DNA of 64,000 nt. It comes from Phycisphaerales bacterium. Its GTDB lineage: Bacteria > Planctomycetota > Phycisphaerae > Phycisphaerales > UBA1924. Below, one piece after another: positions 27,811 through 37,424 of this stretch. Each line of letters opens with the position of its first letter. The first letter of the stretch is position 1. A model generated the notes under the pieces. It made no database searches and was not told the origin of the DNA. It was given only the letters and a program-made list of their open reading frames with translations. The position numbers were made by a program, and so were the translations under genes. Location: the NCBI GenBank assembly GCA_965227775.1, contig OZ245777.1, positions 2,048,001-2,112,000 of the forward strand, written 5' to 3'.

Positions 27811-28719
27811 CTACGGACACCCAGCGTCGAACTCGTTCTGGAACGCAAGGAAGTCGAAGAGCGTGAGGCTGCCGTCGCCGTCGAAGTCGGCGCGCGGGTC
27901 GCCGGTGTCGAACAGGTTCTGGAATGCCAGGAAGTCGAAGATGGTCAGGGCGCCATCACCGTCCAGGTCGGCCCGGCACGGCGAGATGATGGCCACGTCG
28001 AACACCCGCACGTCGTCGATCGTGCCGAGGAACTCATCGTTGGGCCCGGCTGTTGGGCTGCCGGTAAACCTGCCGCGACCTCCGATCGAGAGCTCGAAGT
28101 CATTCTGCGCCGTCGAGCCGAACCCGGCGGGAATGGGCTCGATGGCCTCGACGATGCCATCGACTGCGAGGAGGAGGAAGTCGCCCGAGCGTGCGGCCAC
28201 GATCTCGTGGGGCTGCCCGTCGTTGACGGGTGTCACGCTGGCCAGGCCGACGCTCAGGGCGCCGTCGGCGGAGATGGCGAATATCACGGCGCCGTCGTCG
28301 CGCCGGACGGTCATGGCCCAGCCGTCTTCGCTTCCGAGTTTCTCCTTGTTGATGACAAATCGACCGCCGGGGGCGCCCGGCTCGCTGTTGTCGGTCACCA
28401 CGACCGCCGCGACGGAGAAGTCGCCATCGGCCAAGTCGAACGCGTCCTCGTCGCCCAGGGGGCGGACCTGTTCGTCCGAGACACCGTCGAAGTTGACCGC
28501 GAAGCCGCCCATGAAGGGCGTGAAGGCGATGCCCGCGCCCAGGACGCCGTCATACGCCGTACCCAGCGTGCCGCTATTGGCCGTCGGGTTCGAGGCGTCG
28601 TCGAAGTCGTAGTGCAGGATGGGCTCGGGCGTCTGGGCGCTCGCGGCCGAGGCGAGTGCGAAGGCGGAGCATGCAAGTGCGGCGACGGCATTCAGTTGGG
28701 CGGAGCGGGTGATGGACAT
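27811..28719 (-). CDS. Secreted LamG/ConA-like lectin-fold protein with GC-type dockerin tail
   Basis: LHYDFDD, VNDGQPHEIV, FLGTIDDVRVF; tail CRADLDGDG...FQNEFDAGCP. Confidence 0.9.
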   Translation of the reverse strand: MSITRSAQLNAVAALACSAFALASAASAQTPEPILHYDFDDASNPTANSGTLGTAYDGVLGAGIAFTPFMGGFAVNFDGVSDEQVRPLGDEDAFDLADGDFSVAAVVVTDNSEPGAPGGRFVINKEKLGSEDGWAMTVRRDDGAVIFAISADGALSVGLASVTPVNDGQPHEIVAARSGDFLLLAVDGIVEAIEPIPAGFGSTAQNDFELSIGGRGRFTGSPTAGPNDEFLGTIDDVRVFDVAIISPCRADLDGDGALTIFDFLAFQNLFDTGDPRADFDGDGSLTLFDFLAFQNEFDAGCP

Positions 28720-28740
28720 CTTGGATCTCCTCTCAGCGAC

Positions 28741-28769
28741 AGCATACCGGAACTCACCCTGCCACGCAA
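28741..28769 (-). promoter_or_regulatory. Sigma70-type promoter TTGCGT-N17-TATGCT, followed by SD GAGAGGAG
   Basis: Read directly; homologous to 11515-11543. Confidence 0.65.
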
Positions 28770-28822
28770 GCGCAAACCGGCCGGTTGGCCCGGTATCACT
28801 CCTAAGCCCTGCGTCTCGCGTG

Positions 28823-28908
28823 CTACGGGCAGCCGGCGGCCAACTCGTTCTCGAACGCGAGAACGTCGAAGATGGTCAGCCTTCCGTCGCGCCATCGAAG
28901 CCGGCCCG
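28823..28908 (-). pseudogene. Decayed orphan GC-dockerin tail (RAGFDG-[+2 nt]-DGRLTIFDVLAFENELAAGCP*)
   Basis: Manual translation shows a frameshift and substitutions against the RADFDGDGxLTIFDFLAFQNEFDAGCP consensus. Confidence 0.85.
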
Positions 28909-29075
28909 AAGTCCTTACTTGGCAGTCGGATACGGATCGAGCAAACAGGCCGAGATCGTTGGTCCGGGGCCCGCAAGAGCTGAACGTGTCTTTGGACTCC
29001 AGCAACTGAACCCGCTTCGTCCACGCGCGAAGGCAGCCTGAGATTCCGATTGACGAGTCTCTCGGCTACGAGCGG

Positions 29076-29417
29076 CTACGCGGCGACGTCTCGGCGGAGT
29101 CGCGCCAACTCGCTCGCGATCTCGCCGGTCGTGGGGAGAGGCAGAAGCTTCAATCCGACGGCGTGACCCAGCTCGGGCTTGTAGCTCACGCGGACCGTCT
29201 CGGCGAGAAACCACTTCGAATCGGGCTCGAAGTTGACCTCGACTATGAGCTGACGCCCCTCGTGGATCATGCTCTCGACAAACGCCCCCATGCCAGACTG
29301 GCTGATGTCCGACACAACGCCGGGCACAGAGCGAGACACGTGGCCCGTCTCGTCCAGTTCGTGTACGGTGGCTTCAAACTTCACTTCGAACCGCTCGCGA
29401 GCTCGCTGTTCCTGCAT
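29076..29417 (-). CDS. Stand-alone PilZ-domain (c-di-GMP-binding) protein
   Basis: RARER (RxxxR) and DISQSG (DxSxxG). Confidence 0.85.
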   Translation of the reverse strand: MQEQRARERFEVKFEATVHELDETGHVSRSVPGVVSDISQSGMGAFVESMIHEGRQLIVEVNFEPDSKWFLAETVRVSYKPELGHAVGLKLLPLPTTGEIASELARLRRDVAA

Positions 29418-29550
29418 CTACCACGTTAGTTCGAGATTCTGCGCTGGCCGTCGAAGTTCCAGTAGATGTTTTCCGCCTCCCCGATCTAGGGGGGATTGCT
29501 CGTTTGCGCGGCATGGACTGGATTGTCGGCAAGCACCCCGGTGTTTGTAG

Positions 29551-30489
29551 CTAGACGACGATGGGGTTGGGTGGTTCGTCGAACAGGCCTTGGCTCGCGC
29601 CCTCGTCGTAGAGCTTGGCGAGCGCTGCGCGGCCGGTCGCGCCCATGCTCGCCGTCAGCTCGCTGACGTACATCGAGAGGTAGCGGTCGAGGAGATCGTC
29701 GTCGTGCCACTCGGGACGCGTTTCGGCGTGGAGCTTCAGGTACGCTCGCGTGTCTTCGGGGTTGGCGCGGGCGTGGGCAACGCTCTGGCTGAGCAATCGG
29801 CTGACCTCGGCGATGGTGCCCGCGCCGTGCTCGGCGTCGAGCGCGGTGCGGACGACGTTGAGGCCGAGCGGCAGGGGGTGGCCGGTCTTGTCGATCCACC
29901 ATGCGCCGAGATCGAGCAGCTTCTTGAGGCCCATGCGCTCGAAGGTCAGCTGCGCCTCGTGGATGAGCACGCCCGCGCCGACGCTTCCATCGAGCACGGC
30001 AGGCGCGATCTGCTGGAAGGGCATCTCAACGAGCTCGATGTCTTGGCGGGCATTACCGAGGACCATCTTGAGCACAAGCGCTGCGGTCGTGCGGGCGCCG
30101 GGGATGGCGATGGTCGGCTTCTGCGCGCGGACGCAGCCGTCGCAGTGCAGGGTCGAGTCTTCACGGGCAACGAGCTTGGGCCCGTATCCCTCGCCAAAGC
30201 TCGCGCCGCAGTCGGTGATGGCGTACAGGTCCGAGAGTGACGGCCACGCCGCAGCGCTGATGGCGGTGATGTCCAGCGGCTCGCTTCGTGCCGTCGCGTT
30301 CAGGCGTTCAACGTCTTCAGGCTTGGGCTCGAAGGCGAACCGCCCAGCATCGATGGCGGGGGGGCGAACCTGCTGACCTACGGGGTCGATAAAGCCGGTC
30401 AGCGGCCACCACATGGCCATGTCGTCGGCATCAGGCGAATGGGCGAGCGTGAGGGAAACCTGCTTGGTTCCAGTGGGCGGCTGGGTCAT
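29551..30489 (-). CDS. mqnD: MqnA/MqnD family; probable 1,4-dihydroxy-6-naphthoate synthase (futalosine pathway)
   Basis: LAHSPDADD, DVERLN, GASFGEGYGPKLV, GVLIHEAQLT, LDLGAWW, PLPLG, YLSMYV. Confidence 0.85.
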   Translation of the reverse strand: MTQPPTGTKQVSLTLAHSPDADDMAMWWPLTGFIDPVGQQVRPPAIDAGRFAFEPKPEDVERLNATARSEPLDITAISAAAWPSLSDLYAITDCGASFGEGYGPKLVAREDSTLHCDGCVRAQKPTIAIPGARTTAALVLKMVLGNARQDIELVEMPFQQIAPAVLDGSVGAGVLIHEAQLTFERMGLKKLLDLGAWWIDKTGHPLPLGLNVVRTALDAEHGAGTIAEVSRLLSQSVAHARANPEDTRAYLKLHAETRPEWHDDDLLDRYLSMYVSELTASMGATGRAALAKLYDEGASQGLFDEPPNPIVV

Positions 30490-30536
30490 GATGAACGATA
30501 GTGCACCGGGAGTGCACGAAGACCGTACGATGGGGC

Positions 30537-31775
30537 ATGCGGCATTGGTACGGGCCCGGACCACGGAAGGGGCGGGAGGACACGCGCACGGATGAAGCGC
30601 CGCGAGCCCGTGCGCGCCGGCTACCGCAGTGGGCATCGACGCTTGTTCGCCGTGCGAACGTGGTCGGGACCGCCATCGCGTCGCGTTTGCCGGTCGTTGA
30701 GTCTCGTGGGGCCCGTTCTGCAGTGTCGGTCGCGGTGTCCATCTGCGTGCACGCCGTCGTGCTGGGTGTTCTGGCGCTTGCCTTGCGCGGGGTAGCCCAG
30801 CACGGGGGCGGGTCGGTCATCAGCCTCGATCTGGGCGTTGACGTGGGTGAAGCCGAGCAATTCGCGCTTGCCCCCGCGCCGCGCGAGGACTCGACCGAAT
30901 CCGAGTCGCCCGACGACCGGATCGAGCCAGACAAGCCAGAAACCAGCGAGGCCGAGCGCAGCGCGGCCACCGCAAGCCGACTGAGCGGCGCTCTGGAGCG
31001 AATCGCGGCGGCGCCCGTCCCACAGGCCGAGGCAGCGCCGCTCGACCGCGGCACCACGCCGGGCACGGCCGCGCCGCTGCTGGATCGCGGAACGAGCGAG
31101 AATTCGCCGCTGGACGCCCTCCGAGAGAACGCCCAGGCTCCCGTACTCGATGGTGCAAGCTTTGCCGGTGTTTCGGCCAACCGTGCGTCGAGCGTGGTGT
31201 ATGCCGTCGATGGCAGCGGGGCGATGATCACCAGCTTGCCCTTCGTGCTCGAAGAAGTACGTCGCTCGGTCTCATCACTCGCCGACGACCAGCGCTTCGC
31301 CGTCGTTCTCTTCGGGCGTCGTGCGGGCGATGAGGGGGGTGGCGTGCGTGCCTTCCCACCACAGGGGCTGCGCCGCGCGACGGCGGGCAGCAAGGCGGAG
31401 CTATTCCAATGGCTCGAGACTGTGCAGGCCCGCGGCGCAAGCAACCCGCTCGATGGGCTGCTCGCGGCGATCGACCGCGAACCCGAAGTCGTGTTCCTGT
31501 TGTCGCGGAGCATCCGCCGGACGGACGGCAGCGGCGGCGACCGCACGCGTGGCGGCGACTGGGGACCTGGCCGCGAGGCGATCCTCGCCGAACTCGATCG
31601 TGCGAACCCGGTGCGCAAGAGCATCTTCGGCCCCGCGGCACGGCTGGTACAGGTCAAGTGCGTGCAGTTTCTCGAAGAAGATCCAACGGGCGTGATGCGC
31701 GCCATCGCGAGCGAGCATGGCGGCGGGCCGGGCTCGTACCGCTTGCTACCAGAATCGGAGCTTCGCCGGCGATGA
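30537..31775 (+). CDS. Membrane-anchored protein with acidic/Pro linker and C-terminal vWA-like domain
   Basis: TM segment SICVHAVVLGVLAL; VYAVDGSGAM (MIDAS variant), GASNPLDGL, VVFLLS. Confidence 0.75.
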   Translation: MRHWYGPGPRKGREDTRTDEAPRARARRLPQWASTLVRRANVVGTAIASRLPVVESRGARSAVSVAVSICVHAVVLGVLALALRGVAQHGGGSVISLDLGVDVGEAEQFALAPAPREDSTESESPDDRIEPDKPETSEAERSAATASRLSGALERIAAAPVPQAEAAPLDRGTTPGTAAPLLDRGTSENSPLDALRENAQAPVLDGASFAGVSANRASSVVYAVDGSGAMITSLPFVLEEVRRSVSSLADDQRFAVVLFGRRAGDEGGGVRAFPPQGLRRATAGSKAELFQWLETVQARGASNPLDGLLAAIDREPEVVFLLSRSIRRTDGSGGDRTRGGDWGPGREAILAELDRANPVRKSIFGPAARLVQVKCVQFLEEDPTGVMRAIASEHGGGPGSYRLLPESELRRR

Positions 31776-33868
31776 TGCGTGCAAGCCTTGTGGTCCTACT
31801 GCTGTTCGTGTCGTCCGCCTACGCCCAGGACGCCGGTTCGCAGCGCGCCACGATGGTCGGACGGGTTGAAGCCGCCGTCGCCGAGGCCAATCGCGATGGC
31901 ATCGCCGCCAGCGAACGCATCGCGGCATTGGGTCGGGCGATCGAGGCACGATGGGCGCTCATGACGGCGTTGCCATCCGACTCGCACGCGCCGATCTGGA
32001 TGCTCGACCAGGCGGCCGATGAACTCGCGCGTCTGACGCTCTCACTCGACGATGCGCGATTGGTGGTCGGTCTGCTTGGAACGCAAGAGCGGGCGAGCGT
32101 CGTGCGCGCCGCCGAGATCGCCTACGGGCTGGCCCGTCGTGCCGGAGAGGGAATCGAAGCCCGCTTCGAACAGCAGCGGGCCATCATCGATGCCGGAGGC
32201 GAACTTGCACCCGGGGATCACACGCTCAATCGGCGGATGGCCGAGATTGAGTTGGCCGTGCGACGCCCCTTGCTGATGGGCCGTTCGGCTGCGCTCCGCA
32301 TTGCCGGCGATGCCGACGACGCCGGACCCCAGGACGCGATTACGCAGCTCCAGGGTCTTCGGGTCGGCTCGGGTGATGCTGAGGCGATTCGCGATACGGC
32401 GCTCGCGATCGCGTTCGTACACCAGCCGGGCGGTAAGCAGCGGGCCATCGACACGCTTGCATCGGTGGTCTCAGCGCGCCCGATCCCCGCCGGCTCACGC
32501 ACGCACGCCGAAGCCATGCTGTTGCGAACCCGGCTGGAGCGCCGACTCGAAGACCAGGTACGCGCGATCACTCAGGCCGGGTCGGTGCCGCCATTCGTCG
32601 ATGACGTCGGACGAGTTGACCCAGCACTGCTTGTATTGGCCGTGGAAGCCCGAGCGCGCGTGTTGTCAGAGGCGGGTGAGCTCGAACAAGCCGCTCGCGC
32701 GTTGATCGAGCTCGAGGACCAGTCGGTGCTCGGTGGTTCGAGATCGCAGCGAGCGCGTCTCGCCGACGAGCGACTCTCGGCCCTCGCCCAAGCCAACAAC
32801 GAGTGGACTGGCGTCGCCGGCGACGTGGTGCTCCGGGTGGCGCGGGCACTGGTCGCGCAGGACGTGCCCAGCCTGGACGAGCGTGCCATCCAAGTGTTGG
32901 ACGGACTTCTTCAGCGATCTGACGACGATGGAGCGATTGCTGAGCTTGAACCCGCGGGAGAGCTGCTCGCACGCTTGCTGCTGGCAACCGCAGATCGAAC
33001 CGACGAAGCCGAACTGGCGAGCGTGCGCCGCATCGAGGCCGTGCGGCTTATCGCGTCGTTGCTGCGGTCGCCCGAAGCCGACCTCACAGGCTTGTTGGGT
33101 GCCGGAGCGACACTCTCGCTTGGACCGGCTGGCAACGGATTGGAGATTGAGCAACGTCGGCGGTTGCTGTCGGCAGCGATCGAACGCCTGCCGACCGATC
33201 TTTCCGCCGACCGCTGGCGTCTCGGCCTGGCGGCCAGCTGGATGACGCCACCACAAGACTGGCCAACTGCGCTCAAGCTCGCAGAAGCGGCGATGCGAGG
33301 CGATGACCCCGCCACACGAGCCGACGCGATCGCGCTTGCCGGCGCGATTCACTCTTCCGTCGTCGAGGGCGCGGCTGACCGTGCGCCGTCGCTCGATGCA
33401 CTCCAGGCGGCGCTGTTCTTCGCGCGGTCGCACCCTGGCGCCACCGAGATCGACCAGCAGGTGCTGGCAATGAAAGTTGCCTCGGCGTTGCTCGATCGCG
33501 GCCGACGCGAGGACGCTGTTGGTGTGCTCGACGCCGTGAACGGGGTGCCCGGTGTCGAGGCGATCATCCTCCGAGCTCGTGCGCAGGACGTGCTGGGGTC
33601 GAGCGAGGAGGCATTCGCTGCCTATCTCGCCGCGTCATCGTTGTTGCGACCGGAATCTGGTGATCAGTACTGGTTGGTGTGGACGCGGCTGCTGGAACTT
33701 CTCAGCCAGGAGCGGCGGGCTCGCGTCAATCAAGGCCAGGCTACGGGCGAGATGGAAGCTCGTATCCGCGGCTATCTCCTGAAGCTCCGTGCTGTCGACG
33801 CCGGGCTCGGAGGCCCGAAGTGGGCCAGCCGGCTCGGGCGGGTCGAGCGGACACTCGACTCCAAGTAG
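31772..33868 (+). CDS. Secreted alpha-helical (TPR-like) hypothetical protein
   Basis: ATGA overlap; signal MMRASLVVLLLFVSSAYA-Q; Ala/Leu/Arg-rich helical repeats. Confidence 0.7.
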   Translation: MMRASLVVLLLFVSSAYAQDAGSQRATMVGRVEAAVAEANRDGIAASERIAALGRAIEARWALMTALPSDSHAPIWMLDQAADELARLTLSLDDARLVVGLLGTQERASVVRAAEIAYGLARRAGEGIEARFEQQRAIIDAGGELAPGDHTLNRRMAEIELAVRRPLLMGRSAALRIAGDADDAGPQDAITQLQGLRVGSGDAEAIRDTALAIAFVHQPGGKQRAIDTLASVVSARPIPAGSRTHAEAMLLRTRLERRLEDQVRAITQAGSVPPFVDDVGRVDPALLVLAVEARARVLSEAGELEQAARALIELEDQSVLGGSRSQRARLADERLSALAQANNEWTGVAGDVVLRVARALVAQDVPSLDERAIQVLDGLLQRSDDDGAIAELEPAGELLARLLLATADRTDEAELASVRRIEAVRLIASLLRSPEADLTGLLGAGATLSLGPAGNGLEIEQRRRLLSAAIERLPTDLSADRWRLGLAASWMTPPQDWPTALKLAEAAMRGDDPATRADAIALAGAIHSSVVEGAADRAPSLDALQAALFFARSHPGATEIDQQVLAMKVASALLDRGRREDAVGVLDAVNGVPGVEAIILRARAQDVLGSSEEAFAAYLAASSLLRPESGDQYWLVWTRLLELLSQERRARVNQGQATGEMEARIRGYLLKLRAVDAGLGGPKWASRLGRVERTLDSK

Positions 33869-33881
33869 TTGGCTCGGCTGA

Positions 33882-34361
33882 TCAGAGCTGAGCCTCGAGC
33901 CACGCCAGGTACTTGTCGGCATCCGCGTAGCCCTCGAGCATCGCCACCGGCTCGCCGTTCTCAAGCACGACCGTGCTCGGGAAGGCCCGGACGCCAAGCT
34001 GCTGCAGCGTTGGCATCGCGAGTTGCGTGTCGGTGCCGTCGATCATGACGGGCTGACTGCGATTGGCTAGCAGCGACACGATGCGATCGTCGCTCAGCGT
34101 CGTGCGCTTGAGTTCCTGGCATGGCCCGCACCAATCGGCGGTGACAACCGCAACGACCGGGCGCTCACCCTCCAACGAAATTGCGGACAGATCGGTCATG
34201 ACGGGCATGAACTCAGGGGGAGGCGCGGGCGGACCGCCGCTGACGACCATGCGCGCAAGCAGCAGTCCAGCTGCGATAAGGATCGCAAACGAGAAAAAGA
34301 GGCCAGCCATACGTCCGCCAGACTTCGTCGGGCGTTGCGTCGTCGTATCGGCGGGATTCAT
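33882..34361 (-). CDS. Membrane-anchored thioredoxin
   Basis: TADWCGPC, VRAFPS; N-terminal TM segment. Confidence 0.9.
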   Translation of the reverse strand: MNPADTTTQRPTKSGGRMAGLFFSFAILIAAGLLLARMVVSGGPPAPPPEFMPVMTDLSAISLEGERPVVAVVTADWCGPCQELKRTTLSDDRIVSLLANRSQPVMIDGTDTQLAMPTLQQLGVRAFPSTVVLENGEPVAMLEGYADADKYLAWLEAQL

Positions 34362-34458
34362 GGCTGGTCCTTTCGCTTGGTGAGCAGAAAATGAGGGCGG
34401 TCGAGATGAGACACAACCGAGGAAGACAGCGTGGTATTCACGCCTTGCCCAAGCCAAG

Positions 34459-35427
34459 TTATTGGATCAGCAGTGTTTCGGTCAGGTCGTTCAGCGTCAC
34501 GACGCCCACCGGCTTGCCGTTCTGTGTGACGATCGCCAGGTCAGCATCGGCCGCCAGGATGCGGCGGATGCCGACGACGGACGGCGTGTCGGGTGAGACG
34601 AGCACCGCCGGCAGCAGGCGATCGGGCTCGGTGGGCTCACCGGCGAGCAGCGCGATCGCGGAGGCAACGCCAAGCACGCGACCATGGCCATCGGTCACGG
34701 GCACCGTCGTCGCGGGCGTCGGGCCTAGTGCGCGACGGATGCGCTGGTGCGACCAGTCGGCGTGCACCTTCTGGGCCATCGACCACGAGAGCATCTCGTC
34801 GCCCACCCGGCCACGGCCGAGCGCGAGGGCCCGGTCGAGCAGCGTCGAGTGCTCGTCGCTCATGCCGCTGGGGCCGCCGGCTTCCTTCAGGATATTGGCC
34901 ATGCGTTGCCGGGCGTCGGACGAACCGCCAAGGCCCGCTCCGCCGATGAGTCTGGTCATGGCCTGCCCAGCGAGCATGACCAGCGGCACCACCCCGAGCA
35001 TCACGTAGAACACGCGAAGCCCCCGGAGGACCGGCGCGAAGAGGTAGGTCAGGCGGTCGGCACCCGTGCGGAAGAGCTCCTTGGGCAGCGACTCGCCGAA
35101 GACGAGGATGATCGGCGTCACGACAATGGACTGCACGACGAGCGTGAGGATCGGCCCCATGCCCGCCGCGCCGAGCAGGGCAGAGACACCAAGCACGCCG
35201 ATGTAGTTGCACACGTTATTGTGCACCAAGAGCGTCGAGAGCAGGCGATCGGTCCGGCGGATCTCGGTGCGGAGCATGAGCGCCGAGTGATCGCCGCCCA
35301 GCGCCCGAGTCTCGAGCCCAAGGCGGCCGAGCGAGTACAGCCCCATCTCGAGCCCGCTCGCCAACGCCGAGCCCATGAGTCCGAGCAGCGCGACCAGCGA
35401 CCAGAGGATGACCTCGCCGCTGCTCAC
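34459..35427 (-). CDS. CNNM (DUF21) plus CBS-like membrane protein
   Basis: SGLEMGLYSL, LVHNN, FGESLPK, GVVTLNDL. Confidence 0.85.
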   Translation of the reverse strand: MSSGEVILWSLVALLGLMGSALASGLEMGLYSLGRLGLETRALGGDHSALMLRTEIRRTDRLLSTLLVHNNVCNYIGVLGVSALLGAAGMGPILTLVVQSIVVTPIILVFGESLPKELFRTGADRLTYLFAPVLRGLRVFYVMLGVVPLVMLAGQAMTRLIGGAGLGGSSDARQRMANILKEAGGPSGMSDEHSTLLDRALALGRGRVGDEMLSWSMAQKVHADWSHQRIRRALGPTPATTVPVTDGHGRVLGVASAIALLAGEPTEPDRLLPAVLVSPDTPSVVGIRRILAADADLAIVTQNGKPVGVVTLNDLTETLLIQ

Positions 35428-36779
35428 TTGCCACCTCCCGCTGCGTCTGGCGCTTCGAGCGTTTGCGATGTCAGGCGGAGCAGCACGCGGTCGATCGTTC
35501 GTCCGGTGACGACCTCCACCTCGACGTGGACCGGCCCGAAGTCCACCTCGTCGCCACGCTCCGCGAGGCGGCCGAGCGACGCCATGACGGCGCCGGCGAT
35601 TGTCACCGCCTCGGGTGGGAGATCGAAGTCCTGCACGCGGTGCTCGGTGAATAGTCGTGCGAGCTCGCCGACGGGCATCCGCCCCGGCACGCTCCAGCAG
35701 CCCAAGCCCACCATGATGATGCCATCAGCGCCGGTCTCGCCGTGCTCGATGGGCATGCCCACCAGGCCGCGCAAGAGGTCGGCAAAATCGAGCAGACCGG
35801 TGCTCTCGCCGTGCTCGTCGACGCACACCGCCGTTCGCGCCTTTCGTTCGCGGAGCTGGTTGAGCACGCGATCGAGCCGGGCGTTCTCGGGTACATAGAT
35901 CGGCTTCTCGAGCATGGGCCGGCCGCGTGCGAGCGTTGACTTCACGTCGAGGATGCGCGTGATCGTTGCGCCCTTGTCGTCGAACACGGGCAGCCGGTGG
36001 GCGCCCGTGCGGTGAACGAACTGCACGAGATCACCGATGGGCATGTGGGGCGAGACCGATGGCAGGTCGAGCCTCGGTGTCATCGCCACTCTGGCGCGCA
36101 CCTGGCTCAGGCCGACGACGCCCTCGAGCAACTCCTGCTCGTGATCATCAATCGTGCCACCGTGGGCGCCGGCTCTGATCAGAGTACGTACGGCGGTCGC
36201 ATCGTGCGGCGCGTCGATGGGTGCCATGTGGATGAGCCGGGAGAGCGGGGCAACGACGAGTGCGTCGATGGCCATCAGCAAGCCACCCAAGGCGAGGCTC
36301 ACCGACATCAGCAGTGGGGCGGCGATGCGTGCCCAGCGCGTGCGGAAAGTGTCGGCTGTCAGCTTCGCCAGGATCTCGCCAAACAGGATGATCGCGACGA
36401 GGGGCGTCACCGCCGCCAGAACGCCGAGCAACGGCGATCGCGTGGTCTGCAAGAGCAGGGCGGCCGCCGCGAAGTACAGCACGTTGACCACCATGTTCAG
36501 CAGCAGAACGCAGATGAGCAGCCGCCTCGGCTTCGCGAGCAACTCATCGATCGTGCTTGCGGCTTTGGGTGCTTGGCGTCGCAGGGCGACGCGCTCTCCG
36601 TGCGTGAGGCCGAACATCGCGGTCTCGCTGCCAGACGCCGCCGCGGATGCGACGAGGAGGCCCGCCATCAGCACAATGAGGCCGATGGCGAGCCCGCCGC
36701 CACCTTCCGCGGCGAGTTCTGCTGCTCCGTTAAAGCCTTGGGCGAGCGGCTCGGTCGAAGTATCGGGCGTGGGCGTCAT
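35424..36779 (-). CDS. CNNM/CorC-HlyC family transporter (DUF21-CBS-CorC)
   Basis: SGSETAMF, FGEILAK, MTPR, VDEHG, C-terminal CorC-like domain. Confidence 0.9.
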   Translation of the reverse strand: MTPTPDTSTEPLAQGFNGAAELAAEGGGGLAIGLIVLMAGLLVASAAASGSETAMFGLTHGERVALRRQAPKAASTIDELLAKPRRLLICVLLLNMVVNVLYFAAAALLLQTTRSPLLGVLAAVTPLVAIILFGEILAKLTADTFRTRWARIAAPLLMSVSLALGGLLMAIDALVVAPLSRLIHMAPIDAPHDATAVRTLIRAGAHGGTIDDHEQELLEGVVGLSQVRARVAMTPRLDLPSVSPHMPIGDLVQFVHRTGAHRLPVFDDKGATITRILDVKSTLARGRPMLEKPIYVPENARLDRVLNQLRERKARTAVCVDEHGESTGLLDFADLLRGLVGMPIEHGETGADGIIMVGLGCWSVPGRMPVGELARLFTEHRVQDFDLPPEAVTIAGAVMASLGRLAERGDEVDFGPVHVEVEVVTGRTIDRVLLRLTSQTLEAPDAAGGGK

Positions 36780-36797
36780 GGCTGGGCCTGGGACAAC

Positions 36798-37307
36798 TCA
36801 GGCGTCTGGCGCGTGCGCTGGCACGCCCACTTGCTCGAGCATCCGCTCGAAGTATCGCCACTGCTGCAGCACGCCGGCCGCCGCGCTGGCCTTCCCGTCC
36901 TCAAGTGGCTCATCGCCCGATCCGAGGAGATGGCCCAACTCACGAGCGAGGTCCGCACGCCGATCGGCCGCCCATTTGCGCCATCGCGTTACGGCCGCCT
37001 CGTCTCCCGACGCCGTCGCCTCTTCGGCTTCTTGGCGAACCTCGAGGATCTCAGCCAAGAACTCGGGCGAGAGCGGCGGGGCCTTGGCCCCCGGCGCCCG
37101 GATTGCCATCACAGCGCGGGCCCGGAGCTCGGGGTCGAGCAGCGTCGTCCGCGCCTCGTTAAGCGTGGATGGGTCCGCCGAACCTTCTCCAGGGGCAAGA
37201 TCGGGGTGAGACGAAGCAATGCGCTGGAGATACGCTTGTTCGATTTTTGATCGGTCGAGATCGAAGCTCACGGCCAATCCGAGGATGTCGAAGGCGCTGG
37301 GTGCCAT
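36798..37307 (-). CDS. hscB: HscB-like J-domain co-chaperone
   Basis: FDILGL..FDLD..IEQAY..HPD..LNEARTTLLDPELRA; PEFLAEILEVR. Confidence 0.75.
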   Translation of the reverse strand: MAPSAFDILGLAVSFDLDRSKIEQAYLQRIASSHPDLAPGEGSADPSTLNEARTTLLDPELRARAVMAIRAPGAKAPPLSPEFLAEILEVRQEAEEATASGDEAAVTRWRKWAADRRADLARELGHLLGSGDEPLEDGKASAAAGVLQQWRYFERMLEQVGVPAHAPDA

Positions 37308-37424
37308 TGAGTGTTGACGATAGGCCGCCACGGAAAAGGGGTTGACCGGTCGGCCCGGATCGGCGAGTATGGTGTCGGCGGAGGGGCCGGCTTCGCGAGG
37401 GGCCGGTGCGAATGGAGGCTTGCC

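Noticed and set aside
6371..28908. Recurring GAAGTCGAAGATGGT...GCCGTCGCCGTCGAAGTC blocks as a CRISPR array or DGR TR/VR pair
   Set aside because: They encode dockerin EF-hand repeats; there is no regular spacer structure and no cas or reverse transcriptase gene in the window
28823..29005. 60-aa ORF as an intact gene
   Set aside because: Only the last ~21 codons are dockerin-like, and the upstream motif is frameshifted; treated as a remnant
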